The notes under the pieces: generated by a model | What the model saw: the letters and a program-made list of their open reading frames with translations, nothing else | Told to the model about the DNA's origin: nothing | Databases searched by the model: none | Shown here: positions 1-12,536 of the stretch, in pieces | Numbering within the stretch: the stretch's first letter is position 1 | Layout of the letters: the number at the start of each line of letters is the position of its first letter | Position numbers and translations under genes: made by a program | Assembly: GCA_002633005.1 (NCBI GenBank) | Contig: NMRA01000125.1 | Span: 715,566-779,565 of the forward strand | Direction: 5' to 3' | Source: Phoronis australis | Lineage: Eukaryota; Animalia; Phoronida | DNA length: 64,000 nt

Positions 1-25
1 TTAGCCGAGGACGCTGCCGCTGCCA

Positions 26-62
26 CTAGTATTTTCACGAGGTCGAAGGTGAAGTGAAAATA
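26..62 (-). mobile_element. Helitron/Helentron-like 3' end (hairpin followed by CTAG)
   Basis: On the minus strand the stem TATTTTCAC...GTGAAAATA is followed directly by CTAGT; a second GGCGG/CCGCC hairpin lies just upstream at about 72-86. Confidence 0.35.
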
Positions 63-126
63 CCTACTCACGGCGGAGCAACCCGCCTACCGCATTTACA
101 ATATTGAATTCACATTTTTTCGTCAA

Positions 127-1138
127 CTAGATTCTCTTTGCCATACTATCACAGTGACACGATGTGTCGTAGACAGTGCGAAAAATTGAATATCACCTGC
201 TTAATAGTAGTAGTAATCTTGTTTTAATATGGACTGTTGAACGCATATGGTCAATGTTTACTGAACAATTTACTTGACGTACGCAACAAATCGGTCAACT
301 ATTGACTATTTAAACTCCCTCATAATATCGTGTCTATTTTCGTTCGAAATTGTTGTGTGCGTATATTGTAGCAATTATCAAACAATGCATGTGTTTTAAT
401 GGGGACCTGTTGACAGAAAACTTGAGGACCATGAAAGCTAGCTTTTCGAACCTTTGAGCCACAAGATTGATTTGCAGTTTTATTGACAGAACAATAATCC
501 CGACTTAAGATCAGTTAACGCATCATTAATAACTTGGACAAGATCATTTTCTTTGAAACAAATAATGTCGTCAGTCCTCAAAATACGGAACAACCACTTT
601 TTTACAAAGTTTGCTAAATCATCAAGAATGACTAACGCTGTGGTAAAGTTTATCAATGGCACTGGAAAGGACCACGCACAAGGAAGACAAGGCCAGAGGT
701 GAAATATCCAAACTCGAAATAGTCCTTCTTTAATACCAACGCAAGATAAATGTCCATTATTATTCTGTGCTAAAGTATATTGTGGTTTATGCGTATGGTT
801 TCTCCTGACCTCTTGATTCAAAGTACAAATTGGGGTAAAACCTGAGTACTCGAGTAAAAACGCGAAATTTCAGAATCGAACTTATGGTCTTAAAGCTGGG
901 GTCATCAAGTACAAATTAGACCTAAGCAGCCATCTAGGTAAACAATAACGTACTCCAACACAGAAAAACAGACACTTCTCTTACATAAGAGTAGAACGGA
1001 AAATGTCAAAATAATTTTGATTCTGCTTTCGAGTACACAACATTTGACTCCGGACTCAGACCTTGAGCTGCGCTCCGTACACCCGAAGTACTCGCGAGAA
1101 TAAAATGTGTGATCACGAGCTTCGCTCATCAGGTGATA
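127..1138 (-). mobile_element. Putative Helentron-type non-autonomous element (HINE-like)
   Basis: Short asymmetric subterminal inverted repeats TATCACCTG (191-199) and CAGGTGATA (1130-1138). Minus-strand 5' end TATCACCTGATGAGCGAAGCTCGTGATC carries a GAGC-GAA-GCTC hairpin; the minus-strand 3' end has the subTIR, the hairpin GACAC/GTGTC (156-168) and CTAGTT. Confidence 0.4.
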
Positions 1139-1872
1139 CATGTACATGGCGATATCTCATGAAGATTTTAATTGCCTAGCTGGTCTTCCATTTTCACTGT
1201 GACGAGATTCTGGCGGTTGTGGATCCCGCTTTCTAAGATCGCCAGGACTTGTTTTAGCTGGAGAATGAGAATCATTTCAGGAGAGAAATGTTTTTACAGT
1301 GAGAAGTGACAGAAGTAGTTTTGGATGAAATCACCAAAACAGTTTTCAAAGTCAGTTAGTGACAGTGTACATTTGTATGTTTGAAAGTGGCGAGGAGACG
1401 ATCTAAGCACGGTGTTTACCTGCACTTTTAACTGACCGACTGGTGACTCATACACAATGGTTTACCGTTATGAATATGACATATCACATGCGCCCCATTG
1501 TGAGATTACAATTTTTTATGACGTATGTTTTCCAAATACTTTATTGCATTCATTCCTGTATCATAATAATAACATATTTTCGTTTACTCCTACTCTTCTT
1601 TTAACGTGTAGAAACAGAGCTTGAATCGCATTATTGCGGGGCATATATGGGACATCCAAGATATTTCACATGTTAAATGTCATTTTTTATGTGATCACAT
1701 GGACTCGTCTCGTCGGCAATGGTCTGGAATACAGTTTGATACCCGAAACTGTTTCTCAAAACTCGGGCACGTTATATCCGACCATTACCAACTCGTCGTC
1801 TACGTGTTACTCCTTTTTCTCGCTTTAGCACGTTCCCAAGGTGTCTTGTTTGTGCAGTACTACTGTAAAACT

Positions 1873-2015
1873 CGTAGGCGGCACACCATACGGGCAGGAG
1901 GGCTATAGCTCCCACTTTATTCAGTGCTTCGCCACCCATAATTGTATATGAACGGTGCATCACGGGGGACTGGGGGACTACAGCCCCCACTTTTGTCAGT
2001 GCTGCGCCGCTCATG
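1873..2015 (+). mobile_element. Dimeric MITE of ~70-bp units, copy 1 (hAT-like CATGGGCGG...CCGCCCATG ends)
   Basis: Two tandem units each containing GGG(A)CTAYAGCYCCCACTTT..TCAGTGCT.CGCC.C.CAT; clearly homologous to 48963-49106. Confidence 0.75.
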
Positions 2016-2632
2016 CTGCTCCGCGGATCTGCATTTCCAGCTCTCTTATTGGTCAGTCCAGAACCCTCTCTGCTGCGAATCTGTTTAAGTTCTTTCATTA
2101 TTGATGAATGGTTGTCACTTGTTCTGAGGAATGCTTTGAAATTTGACGTGTTCAACTCAATTTTCAAGTTTTTCAGTTAATCAACAACTAGTTGGATGAA
2201 CATTCACGTGCAAATCGCAGCCATACATTTAAACAAAGGAATTTTACGTGAATTAACCACGTGCCATTGTACATACTGTATTCATACAAACAGTATACTT
2301 GCATGCTCACAAGAAATAAACCAATTAACCTCCAATTTTGAAAGCCATTTTTCTGTTTTTTTGTATTTCCCCATATACATACATTCTCATCCCCAAAATT
2401 CAATCAGCCCATGTTCTCCTGTCCAATTGTCTCAGACAGGCAACCGTTGTTTTGAGTGCGCAATATCCCCAGTCATTATGTTCTCCCTTCCCGACATTGC
2501 ATGCCTCAAAACTCCAGGGACCCGATGATCCCTCTTCCCTCTTAACTCTCTGTATCTATGCTACATGCACCTAATTCCTAATTTTGGTGACATTCTAATT
2601 TTTTATACCTGGGGCTCAGAATTATTTTGTTA

Positions 2633-2887
2633 CATGTGCGCACCCAGGGGTGCTCGGGGGGGGGCTCGAATAAGCCCCCCAATTGGCAATGGGCACAAGG
2701 GTTCGTCTTAGAGAACCAAAACGTACGAAAAAATTAGAACTGAGAAAAAAGTCCACTAAAGAGACACGAACAACCAAAACTGAGCGAATGCACAATTCAT
2801 AGTTGTGAAAGTACCTTGTAAATCTTAGTAGAAGGTCCACATTCTCAACAATTCGAGCCCCCCATTTTTAGGCTGAGTGCGCGCCTG
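2633..2887 (+). mobile_element. MITE with 5-bp TSD (hAT5-like), copy 1
   Basis: TIRs CATGTGCGCACCCAG / CTGAGTGCGCGCCTG; perfect TSD TGTTA at 2628-2632 and 2888-2892; internal homology (AAAAGTCCACTAAA, GAATGCACAATTCATAG) to copies at 60425 and 63699. Confidence 0.85.
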
Positions 2888-2965
2888 TGTTAGCCGTCTA
2901 TTTTACCTTTTATTAAAATCTGGCCTTAATTTTGTTCATGTCTTTTTAAACAAAAGCATGAATTC

Positions 2966-3495
2966 CTGAAAAAACAAATAACACATTTCTCACATACAAC
3001 AATGACGCTCATCATTACATTTGGAAACAAACGTCAAAGTGCCTTTTCAATCTCATGCAGTAGACAGCATTAGCTTATCTAAAAGCCAAGCATGAAATAA
3101 CTCAAAGACAAAACAAGACGAAATAGTCTGTCATCTGTGACTCATAAGTTTGCTCAGTTCGGTTTAAGCATCGCCGTGTACTCATTAGCAGCACGGATGA
3201 TATCTAACACAAGTACAAACACGCTATCTGGTGTTTTTTCCGGAAAAGTATCGTTTTGGTGTACGTTGGTGCGTAAACCTAATATATTTAAGCGCGCAAG
3301 ATGTCACGCACCAGTCGAAGAACATGAGTTACAGAGGACCCCGAGCTCAGGAAGCACAGGGGTGGAGGAACGTAATGACGGGGTTATCAGGATAACGGGG
3401 GGCATTGCTTGGTAAACAATATCCCTGAAAATACAACTGATGCATTTTGAATATTTAGCAATGTCGTTCATTTAACATTTGGAAACAAACGTCAT
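2966..3495 (+). repeat. Degenerate direct repeat pair (about 2966-3035 and 3425-3495)
   Basis: Shared CCTGAAAA.ACAA and AATG.CG.TCAT...ACATTTGGAAACAAACGTCA about 460 bp apart. Confidence 0.6.
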
Positions 3496-4900
3496 TGGGA
3501 CTTAGGGACGATCTCATTTTTTCAAATAGCATTGATGCTGGTGCATTAATCAATCCACTATATATTGCCACACCATACTTTAAAGTCAAATCAACATTGC
3601 ATGAATGCATCAACATTCTAGAGTATAAAGATGTTCTTTAGAATGGTCAAAACCACAGGTGTCACTACTTATATAATTTGATAACACCGTAACATCGATT
3701 TGCCACGTGACACTTTGGGATTCACAATAATTCTGTTAAGTCATGCGCAGTAAATGTTGTGTTGATACAATGCAAGTGTTTGGACGACAATCTTGATGAT
3801 ATCAGAAGTCATGTCTGGAAGCAAGATTGTCAGTCGTTACCACAATACTGTGTTAAATTATTTTTTAAACAGGGTTTCTCAACTGCACTGATGAAAATTG
3901 TGTGTATATCTTATGACTTAATGCAAATAGATTAGCCAAATTTAACAGACAATTTTAACGGAAATGTACAAGTTAGAACATAAAGATTCTTACTTCCTTT
4001 ACGAATTACAATGGTTTTGGCATTAAAACAGCAAAACGAAATTACACTGTACAGTGAAAAAGTCTGTGTGACTGTAACACATATTTACGTGTAGGAGATA
4101 GTGTACGCCAAAACAGGTTCATTGAATTTTCGTGACAACATATGGATGTTACTAAGAAGTCATTACCATACGCAGGCGGCCTGCAAGTGTTCTTGCAACA
4201 AAACGTTGGGCTTCCAGAGCAAAACTTTGAACATGGGTCACCATATACACTGTACTAGCTAAGTGATTGGTCTGTCCTGTCTTGTCATTTGCGTACATGT
4301 AACATGTTTCTTGCTTTTTCTTTGCAGTAACGTGTTGCTCGATGATCTTGATGCGATCAAAATTGAAAAAAAAAGATAATTCTATATTTTTTTGAATATT
4401 TGACACTTCCTCTTGAAATCCAGTGTTCGTCAGCTGATAGTATTTTTTCCTTCTTAAAACTGTTTGTTGTTTGTCCGTATAACAATTGCTTTTATTAATC
4501 TCATACATGACTTGTTGTATAAATTGTTAATGAGTGGAGAAATTAACAACATGAATGTATATATTTATTGTATTAATTAGATGATCGATTTAAACGAACA
4601 CTTTTTATTATTTGCCAGTCTCTTTCGGAGTGCATCCAGCTATTCGTGAATGAATTACAGCGCATGCGCATTCCCGGACGACAAATTAAGGGAGGCGAGG
4701 TGATAGATTGGAGTTAAAATGGCTACCACCTCTCACGAACCTCATTACCACCCTCAAATATCCAAATATATCCGTGAAGCCGTGTAAACAACCAGTAGTT
4801 TACGTTCTAAAGTTACAAATGTTAAACTGCTACACGAACGTTGGATTTTCTTTCAAATCTGTTGTAGTCAACTTGGTTGACTGCGTGTGCAAATTCTAAA

Positions 4901-5360
4901 CTATCGGAACTTTCCAAATATAGGCCAACTGGCGGATACTTGTAAAACGACATTTCAAAAACGTAAAATAAATCAGGATACGCTGATGTATTTTCGGAAA
5001 GCGGGACAATTTTTCGGAAAACGGGGCGTATTTTCGGAGACTTTATCAAACACTTTGTGGCGCAATTTTTGTTAAACAAATATTATTTGGCAATTTTTAC
5101 CAAATAATGACATCCTTTTTCATGTATGTGGTTGCACATGTACCTCACTAGTAAAAAATATTCTTCCATACATATTTGGCATTCTATTAAACACAGTATG
5201 TGAAAACGGCCCTCCATACTATGCTAACAAAACAATCCATCAGATTTTCAAAACATGCAAACAATTGCCGAAAATGCGCCCGTGTGGGTACTTTTGGAAA
5301 ATTTTCCGAGAACACACCTATGGGCGTACTTTTGGGCCTATTTTCGGAAATTCCCAACAG
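4901..5360. mobile_element. Degenerate MITE with ~30-bp TIRs and many TTTTCGGA/TCCGAAAA subterminal motifs
   Basis: CTATCGGAACTTTCCAAATATAGGCCAA versus the reverse complement of the right end CTGTTGGGAATTTCCGAAAATAGGCCCAA; TTTTCGGA recurs at about 4991, 5012, 5031 and 5341. Confidence 0.55.
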
Positions 5361-5979
5361 TATTGAATATCACATTTCGTTTCCGTCGTCTTTGTTTTCG
5401 AATGTCGCAATTAGTGAACAGGTTTCTCCCTGCTAGAGGTGTAAATTGTTCGTTCCGGTCATCTTCATTTGCAAGGAGTAGAAGTGTTGCTGAGTTACAT
5501 GTATATGGAAACTCTGCCGGGTTTTTAAGTTACTGGCAAAAGCGGTCGGAAGCTCACTTCAGTCGCGCTAAAAATAACAAAACTGAACATTGCTGAAGTC
5601 ATTTTTGGTAAAAACAAGTCCATTAGCGTGTTAAGTATAGCAGCTGAACGGGGTGAGGCTGAGGCGTCAACCAGTTAAAAACAACGACTGACAAAGTTTG
5701 TAAAGCTTGACATGTTAGTAGCTTATTGTTGTAATTTTGAAGTTGTTAGTAGCATTTCAAATAGCTAGACCTTACGTATTACAGTGTACTAAACTAGGAT
5801 TGATTGGAATTGGTTGAGTGCAACTTAACATTTTGGCATGTACAACATCCAGCCTCTTCCCCAAGCCTCAGGATGGAGCTGATCAGTTTAGCCGCCATTT
5901 GAGGCGTGGTTATGGAAATTACATGTACCTTCTGCGCAATAATTGGTCGCTGGCCTGACGTCATTAAAACAAAGGCAGC

Positions 5980-6800
5980 TTTTTATTACTTCCACAGGCG
6001 TTGTTACTGCCATTCATGAAGCAGAGGACATTCCCAAAGTTTTGGTTATGGTCTGAAATAAAGGTTATCCGTGTACTTATTACTTGGCGGAATTCTTGGA
6101 ATTCCAACAAGTATGTTGCTCTGACGTCAAGCTTCTTTGTTCGCACTCTAAAGGTCGCAATTTCGTCTGATCTCAACAAAACTTTTACACAACGCGTAGA
6201 TCTAAAAGTCCTAGAAGCCTATTGTTTTTCGTCATGGTTTGATTCCAAAAATGGCAGACGTGGCGGCCATTTTGTTTCCAAATTCAGGTTCAGATGCTTA
6301 TAGAGACCTAATTGTTTGATCTACAAGGCTGAAAATTAGTACAATTATTACAACTGCCACTTGCTATATGTGCGCTGTAAATCATTAACGCCCGGTCAAA
6401 GATGGCGGAAACACGGTCATTTGCGCATGCGCACCTCGATTTCTGCTCGAAAACGTTTTCTCCTGTAGAAGGCGCGTTATAGGAGCAATTGCTTCGAGAT
6501 TTTTCAGGTATTAGTTTTCAGTGACAAGCTCTTATACACTGCAGCGGAAGTTGCTTTCAAGATGGCGGATCTGACGTATTTTACTCATATACAATCGTTC
6601 TGCGGTTGCATTTTGAACTAAATGAGCAAATGACTTGAATTTTTGCAGGTGGACTCCTTTATGTATACTCTTTCAAATGTTTCAAGAAAAAACACAAAAT
6701 TCCTATTTTTCGAATAATTTACGGAATGTTGCAAAGCTATTAAATTTAACAGAATTTTGAACGGGCTTTCACAAGGTATTTTGCATTTGTCACTAGGACG
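5980..6800 (+). mobile_element. Decayed Helentron/HINE-like element with ~155-bp internal tandem units
   Basis: AAAATGGC/AAGATGGCGG recurs at about 6248, 6399 and 6559 (150-160 bp period); GCACTCTAAAGGTCGCAATTT...AAAACTT resembles internal repeats of bivalve HINEs as recalled. Boundaries approximate. Confidence 0.35.
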
Positions 6801-6969
6801 TATACTTTTTGAATTATTCGAGATTTTCTGTTAGCGATGTTCCTTTGTTGAGCTTCACTTGGTGTATTGATGTTGGTTTAGTTTCTATTGAACAAGACTG
6901 TAGCCTATTTCTTACTGATTTCTGACCTATACGTTCGTCGTATGAATTTTATCATTACTTGTATTGTTC

Positions 6970-7015
6970 TTAATCGTCGCCATCATCGTCATATTCATCA
7001 TCTTCGTCATCATCT
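6970..7015. repeat. Degenerate (CAT/CGT)n microsatellite
   Basis: ATCGTCGCCATCATCGTCATATTCATCATCTTCGTCATCATC. Confidence 0.7.
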
Positions 7016-8629
7016 CTATGGTACATGTAGTCTTAATTTCGCCAAGTATCGCTCCTACGAGCGCTTTCATTTTCAATTTTTTGTCGTAGAAATTCACCTG
7101 CTTTCGAATCAAAATATATAATTTTGCAATAGCTTAGAACTAAATTGCTACAATTTACCGTTAGTTTTCATTCTATATAAAATTGCAGATAATTTATAAC
7201 TTATATTACTCGTTATGATATTCCTGTGATTTCCGCTAAAACGTTACAGAACGCTGATCCATTTCATTTCTTTCAACCAAGCTTCAAATGTCCATCTTGA
7301 GGCTTTGTAATGAGGCAGGTAAAATATCTTTGAAATCAACTATCTCTAACGTAAGTCCCGTCCTCTTGTGATCTTTCTTCTTACCAAATACCAAGTATAC
7401 AGTCATTCCATTGCAATTGTCCAATTAAGGTTGTTTAGATAAGTCTTTTCTTAAATCCTTCTGCTTGAACTACTACCTAATCTAATTATTTGGCAGTTGT
7501 ATGAATCTGATGTCACCGCTGTTAAAACTGATGAAAATCTTGCCAAGATTGCGTTTGCGTATGGCAAGTTGAGCGGATTTGTGACGAGAGAGGCCAGTAG
7601 GTCTGACGTCGGCACCTTGCAGTGTAGCAGGGTAATCAGTGCGCCGGGCGCATTTTCCCACCGGCTTGTCTCTAATTGCAAACATACACTTATACCTACC
7701 AATTTTTCATGACTGCCCAAGTGCTTGGTAAAAGTTCATGTACATGTAAATGCAGGCGCGACGCTGAGTTCAGGGGAACGCTGAGTTCTTTTCCACCTCC
7801 AGTGAGTTTGAAGTCAAGTGTCGCGTACTGAAAGGCCCAAGTAGACATTGTATGGAATCCGTTATCAGCTTAGTGCCCACGTTTCGTCAATTGCTGTCAA
7901 AACAGTTCTATTTGTTTTAGATAAAAAGTACCAAATACACAAACATGGAAATATTTGATTACGAAAATACAACTTCTTCCTTCGAATTGCGTTTTGGCTA
8001 GCTGCAGATTTGTGTTTGTACTTCCAAGTTCCTGCAACCCACAAAATTGCTCAAGTACTGAAAAGTCGAAGTACTCATTGTTTAATCAACAGCTAGGAAC
8101 AATGAAATATTCAAAAAAAGATTGTTAACAAATCCATTTTGAATATTACATTGAATTCGTTATTATTCGGCAAAAACAGAGTTGTTCAAGAAACCCAACA
8201 ACGGCTGCGCTTGTTAATTTTTTTTGCACTGAATAATTAGCGGGGTGTCCTCTTCGGCTGGTCTCAGGATCTAAGGAACTGTTTTATTTTTGTGATTAAT
8301 TGCAATACGTAAATAACATTTATTATTATTTCGTGCCTATCAGTCAACGAGAAGCCCGGATGTGTCCCATTCCAAATGTTCAAGAGCATTACTAACTATT
8401 TTCATTGAAGATAAAAACAACGCATTCCTGTTACTTTAGTGACCCCGGTACCTTATTCGCAAAATGTTTTTCAATTGTATGTACATGTATTGGTGTACTC
8501 TGTCTTTATATATAACATATGAATGCATAGTAGCTTTGTATCGAGGCGAGGCGTCTTTCAGCCGGTTTTGCAGCCCTGGCGGCCTGCTTGGAATTGACTG
8601 ACGCGTATATTATATGTATTACCGCATGG

Positions 8630-8656
8630 TTTTGCCCGCAACGGGGCTAAACTAGT
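8630..8656 (+). mobile_element. Helitron/Helentron-like 3' end
   Basis: Hairpin TTTGCCC-GCAACG-GGGCTAAA followed by CTAGTT; 5' end not identified. Confidence 0.3.
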
Positions 8657-11065
8657 TCCAATCATATTAGATATAGACAGCATAAACAACAATTTCTTAT
8701 AATGGCAGAAATAGCGTTCGCGAAACGAGCCAATCTATCAGTTTGTGCACAGCGTTTGGATATTACATAATCGACATGAAATTTGAAACTACTCCGTGTA
8801 TTGTTTTATGAGATGTACGGCGCGCTCCTTCAATCGCTGATTCGTTTACATTACTGTATTGCTCATACCATCTCTATTGGTGTTATTGATTGGTCACCAA
8901 ATACGAAAACTAAACTTTATCGATGAAAGAGCAATAAAGTCACGCTTTTCTTAGGCTTGTGTAGTTGATAATTAGTTACTCGGTATTTGCCATTAATTCA
9001 AAACCGGCACAGCAATTGCTGAGTACCCTAATCTCACGTTTGGCATTTCAGGCGACACCGATACACGTGACTTCTTGATTTCCAGCCATTGGTTACCAAG
9101 TCTGGGAAGAGTCCACTGTGTAGTAAAGAGGGACATGGTTTTCTGTGGTAAGCGTTGTTATAGTAACTCTCTCGTGTGTGGTAACGTCAATTTATCTTGA
9201 AACTCTTTACTCGCATGCGGTTATAAGGCGTGTCCAGCTACCTTTTGTGTTGTCGAAGCATTGTTAGAGGGCATTAGATGTATATTGGTTTGCTTATGTC
9301 CTTGTCAAAGCTTTGATCTGCAACACTCCCTGTGAAGCAAGGTTGCTAAGGTAAGTCTTCTTATACCGAATAACTGTTGCGTATTTAATACCAGTTGTGG
9401 TCGTGAATACATGCACAAATACCACACAGCATTTTTTTTACAATGCGTGCGCTTTTATATTAATTTTTTTCGATCCACCTGCCACGCAACGACATTACAT
9501 TGGATGAAGATCTGAGACTGAAATGAGCAATTTAGTGTGCCTTAAATCCAACAAGAATCCATGTCCCAGCCATGTAGCTCACTACCGTTGGTCAAACATA
9601 CAGATGAACGGGGGCTCTGGCGACGATTGACTGCTTTCACAAATAAACGAACTTTTTGGTTCGTTAGTGAAAACGCGATCTTGATATCCGACACCAGTTC
9701 ATGTTCAGGTTAAGGTGCAATATGCTACTATTCGAACCTCCCCCTCATGCCTATCGTTAAACTTAGAGACAGGGTATAGTATTGGACAACATCATACCCC
9801 GGAAGCTCATAAATGGAATAAACGTAGATGTTTCACACTTTGGTCTTATTCAGATTTCCCCCAAACTCTGCAAGCATACACTGTGAAACAACGGAGTCAG
9901 TTTATTGAAAGATAGAATCGATAAACTATAATCCTTTTGTCAAATATTTGAGCAGAGTATTTTAAATTCCCCTTTACTTTGCCCCGTTGCTTGAACGCTA
10001 CAAAACTTAACTAGGAAAACAACAGAAAACTATGGTTCTTCATTAGCTGTTCAAAACGGTCGTAATTTCCAATTACTATCACATCGCCTAGGGAATGCAT
10101 TTGAACATGCGGCGGGATGAAACAAGCCGTGGAGGATGCTTAAACGCAAAGTGTACGCGTTTAACAAAACAGATCAAAAGACACATTTTTTGCGTCTTTT
10201 TGTGATTGATTTCCCGGGCTTTAAAGTAAACGTCATTCTCAAATCATTGCTTTAGGGCGTGATTAACTAAGACTAAATACTAATGACTGTTAACCCTAAG
10301 TCCAAGTTCAAAGAATCACCCGCGATCTGCTGTGTTCATTGGTAGCACGAAACGCGCGACAAAGCATATTTATCTTGCATACATGGAGATACAACCCCAA
10401 AACATATTCATATACGTATGCATACAGTATAGATGTTTCACAACCGGAGCCAAAGCTGCATTCACTGTTGGCGCTCGTTGGCTAACGTTGATCAGTAAAT
10501 AGATCGTGTAGTTTTTTGGAGTTCTATGGCCATATAAACAACGTTTGATTCATCTTCGTGACACGTCATGGCTGCCCCCATGGCGATGACTCCCATATCC
10601 TGGAGTGCCTTACACGTATAAATGCGAAAGGATGTGCAACAGGGAATTTTAGCAAAATTACGACTAACTGGACGTGCGAGCAAGAATTTTCTATTTTTTG
10701 TAGCGAATTACGTCACAAACTGACGACTTCACTCACGTCCTTGATAATAAGAGATCTAGTTGTTTATGGTCCACGGCGTTTCCGCGTGAAACCTACTTCT
10801 TCTTGTAATGCTTATTACTCTTTATATATTTGTGCAAACAGTTCGTAACAAATTTGTTGTATTTAAAATAGTTTTCAATTGCCCAAAAGACCAAATCCGT
10901 TTTTTGTGTTGGCATTAATGACGCGATTACTTTGGAAATCGTCTTAAGTTAAGGTGTGACAAAGAGAGAATTGTGAGTTTCTGAGTGATTCACTAAGGTT
11001 TCGATTAAAATTGACATCTTACCAGCAGCTTCTGTTTTTTCATCGTCACTCAGATTCCATTTTCT

Positions 11066-11366
11066 TTAAAAAAATGAAGTAATTTTCTTCATTTCACAGT
11101 GAAGCAGACGACGGAAACGGAGTCGTAGTGCGCAGCGCCACTGCCGGTCGCCTTGGATACCGCGGGAGAGCCTATACTTAGCCACAGTTTCGATCCGACA
11201 CTTGAAATTGGATCTGAGCCCCCCCCCAAACACATTAAAACTGCACACATTTAAATCTTGTTTCCGCCGTATGATGTTTATTACCGGTCGGGTTAATGAA
11301 TAAACTGAACATTTCCTTACGCTCTTGCTTTTTTATTTTTTGCGGCCCCCCCTAAATCCGCCTATG
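11066..11366 (-). mobile_element. hAT-like repeat family with one CATAGGCGGATTTAGGGG terminus, copy 1
   Basis: About 300 bp of reverse-complement homology to 52350-52693 (ATGAAGTAATTTT, TGCGCAGCGCCA.TGCCGGTCGCCT, CTTAGCCA, ACACTTG.AATTGG..CTGAGCCC, AAATCTTGTTTC). Confidence 0.8.
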
Positions 11367-12536
11367 TGATTATAGCAATTTTGAATGTCACCTTAACGTT
11401 TTCTGGTCAGCATTTCTTCAAGTTTTAACTCGGTTTGTTTGCTAGAAATCTCATGCGTACAACTGTGTATAAAAGTTCTGTACACTACGAGTTCATCTTG
11501 ATGTCGTCAGTAATAAGACACACATGGCTATGATAAGCGAGAATGTGCATTTATATACGTGTATTATGACTAAAGTTAAGACAATCGCATTTAATAAGGC
11601 ATATAGAATCTCGTTATTCCGTCATGTTGATGCGACATTATTCTCAGTTAGCCAAAGGCACATACATTTTCATGCTGTATCACGTGATTTGAATGGCATA
11701 GATTTGTATGACTAACTTATGAGAAACCACATTGGAGTATAGCGTGCCATATAAATCCTGTGAATGGCGATAGCCGTCCCAAGATTTAGAGTCAAGAACA
11801 GTAACAGTGCATGTTCATCACTGCCAGTCCCCAATAACATATTTGGTAGGTAATTTTCCTCCCTGACGCATCTCTGCGTTCTCATTGAAAATGCCCCTTT
11901 TCACAGATCCTCTCCTGACTAGTACATGTACTTCGCCTTTCACACGCCCTTATGAGCATTATTTTTTCTCATGAAGTGCAATTGATGCACTCTTTAATAG
12001 GAGGCGTGGGTACTGTGCATAACTGTTACTAATGGTACAACTGTGGTTCACGAGGAAGGAAAGCTGAAAGCGGCTTTGGTGTGGGAGAGCGGAGAAGACG
12101 TTACCTTGCCGTGAATAATTAATGCATGGCGCTTGTTTTTAAAAACAAGAATTTGTATTTGATCACCTGCCACCGAAACTTTTCATTCTAGAAATTCTCC
12201 AGCAGCACATTCAAGAGCGGTGACTCTAAATTCCCGGCCTGGGATGGTGGCGAGAATCTCAGTGGAGACGCGGAAATGTAATCGTTTCCACCCCCTTGAC
12301 ATTATAGCTTCATGTTCTGCATAAGCCGCGTGTTTCCTGATGTCATTGTCAGTGCTAAGTTTTTAGCGAGTTAATGAAGTAAAATGATATGTACAGATGT
12401 TCTACTCGCACGGGCGAAAGTGGAGAACGACACATGTGGCGTGCAGAAGACGTCACTTGATTTATGATTTGCGAGCAGGTTGAGTTACTTGCTTTTCCAT
12501 GTCGCCCGACGGTAGTTATTCTAAGAAAGGTGGCCC

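Noticed and set aside
480-821. 113-aa minus-strand ORF with LVILDDL (Walker-B-like) and TDDII (RT-like) words
   Set aside because: No Walker A or other RT motifs nearby; isolated short matches are expected by chance.
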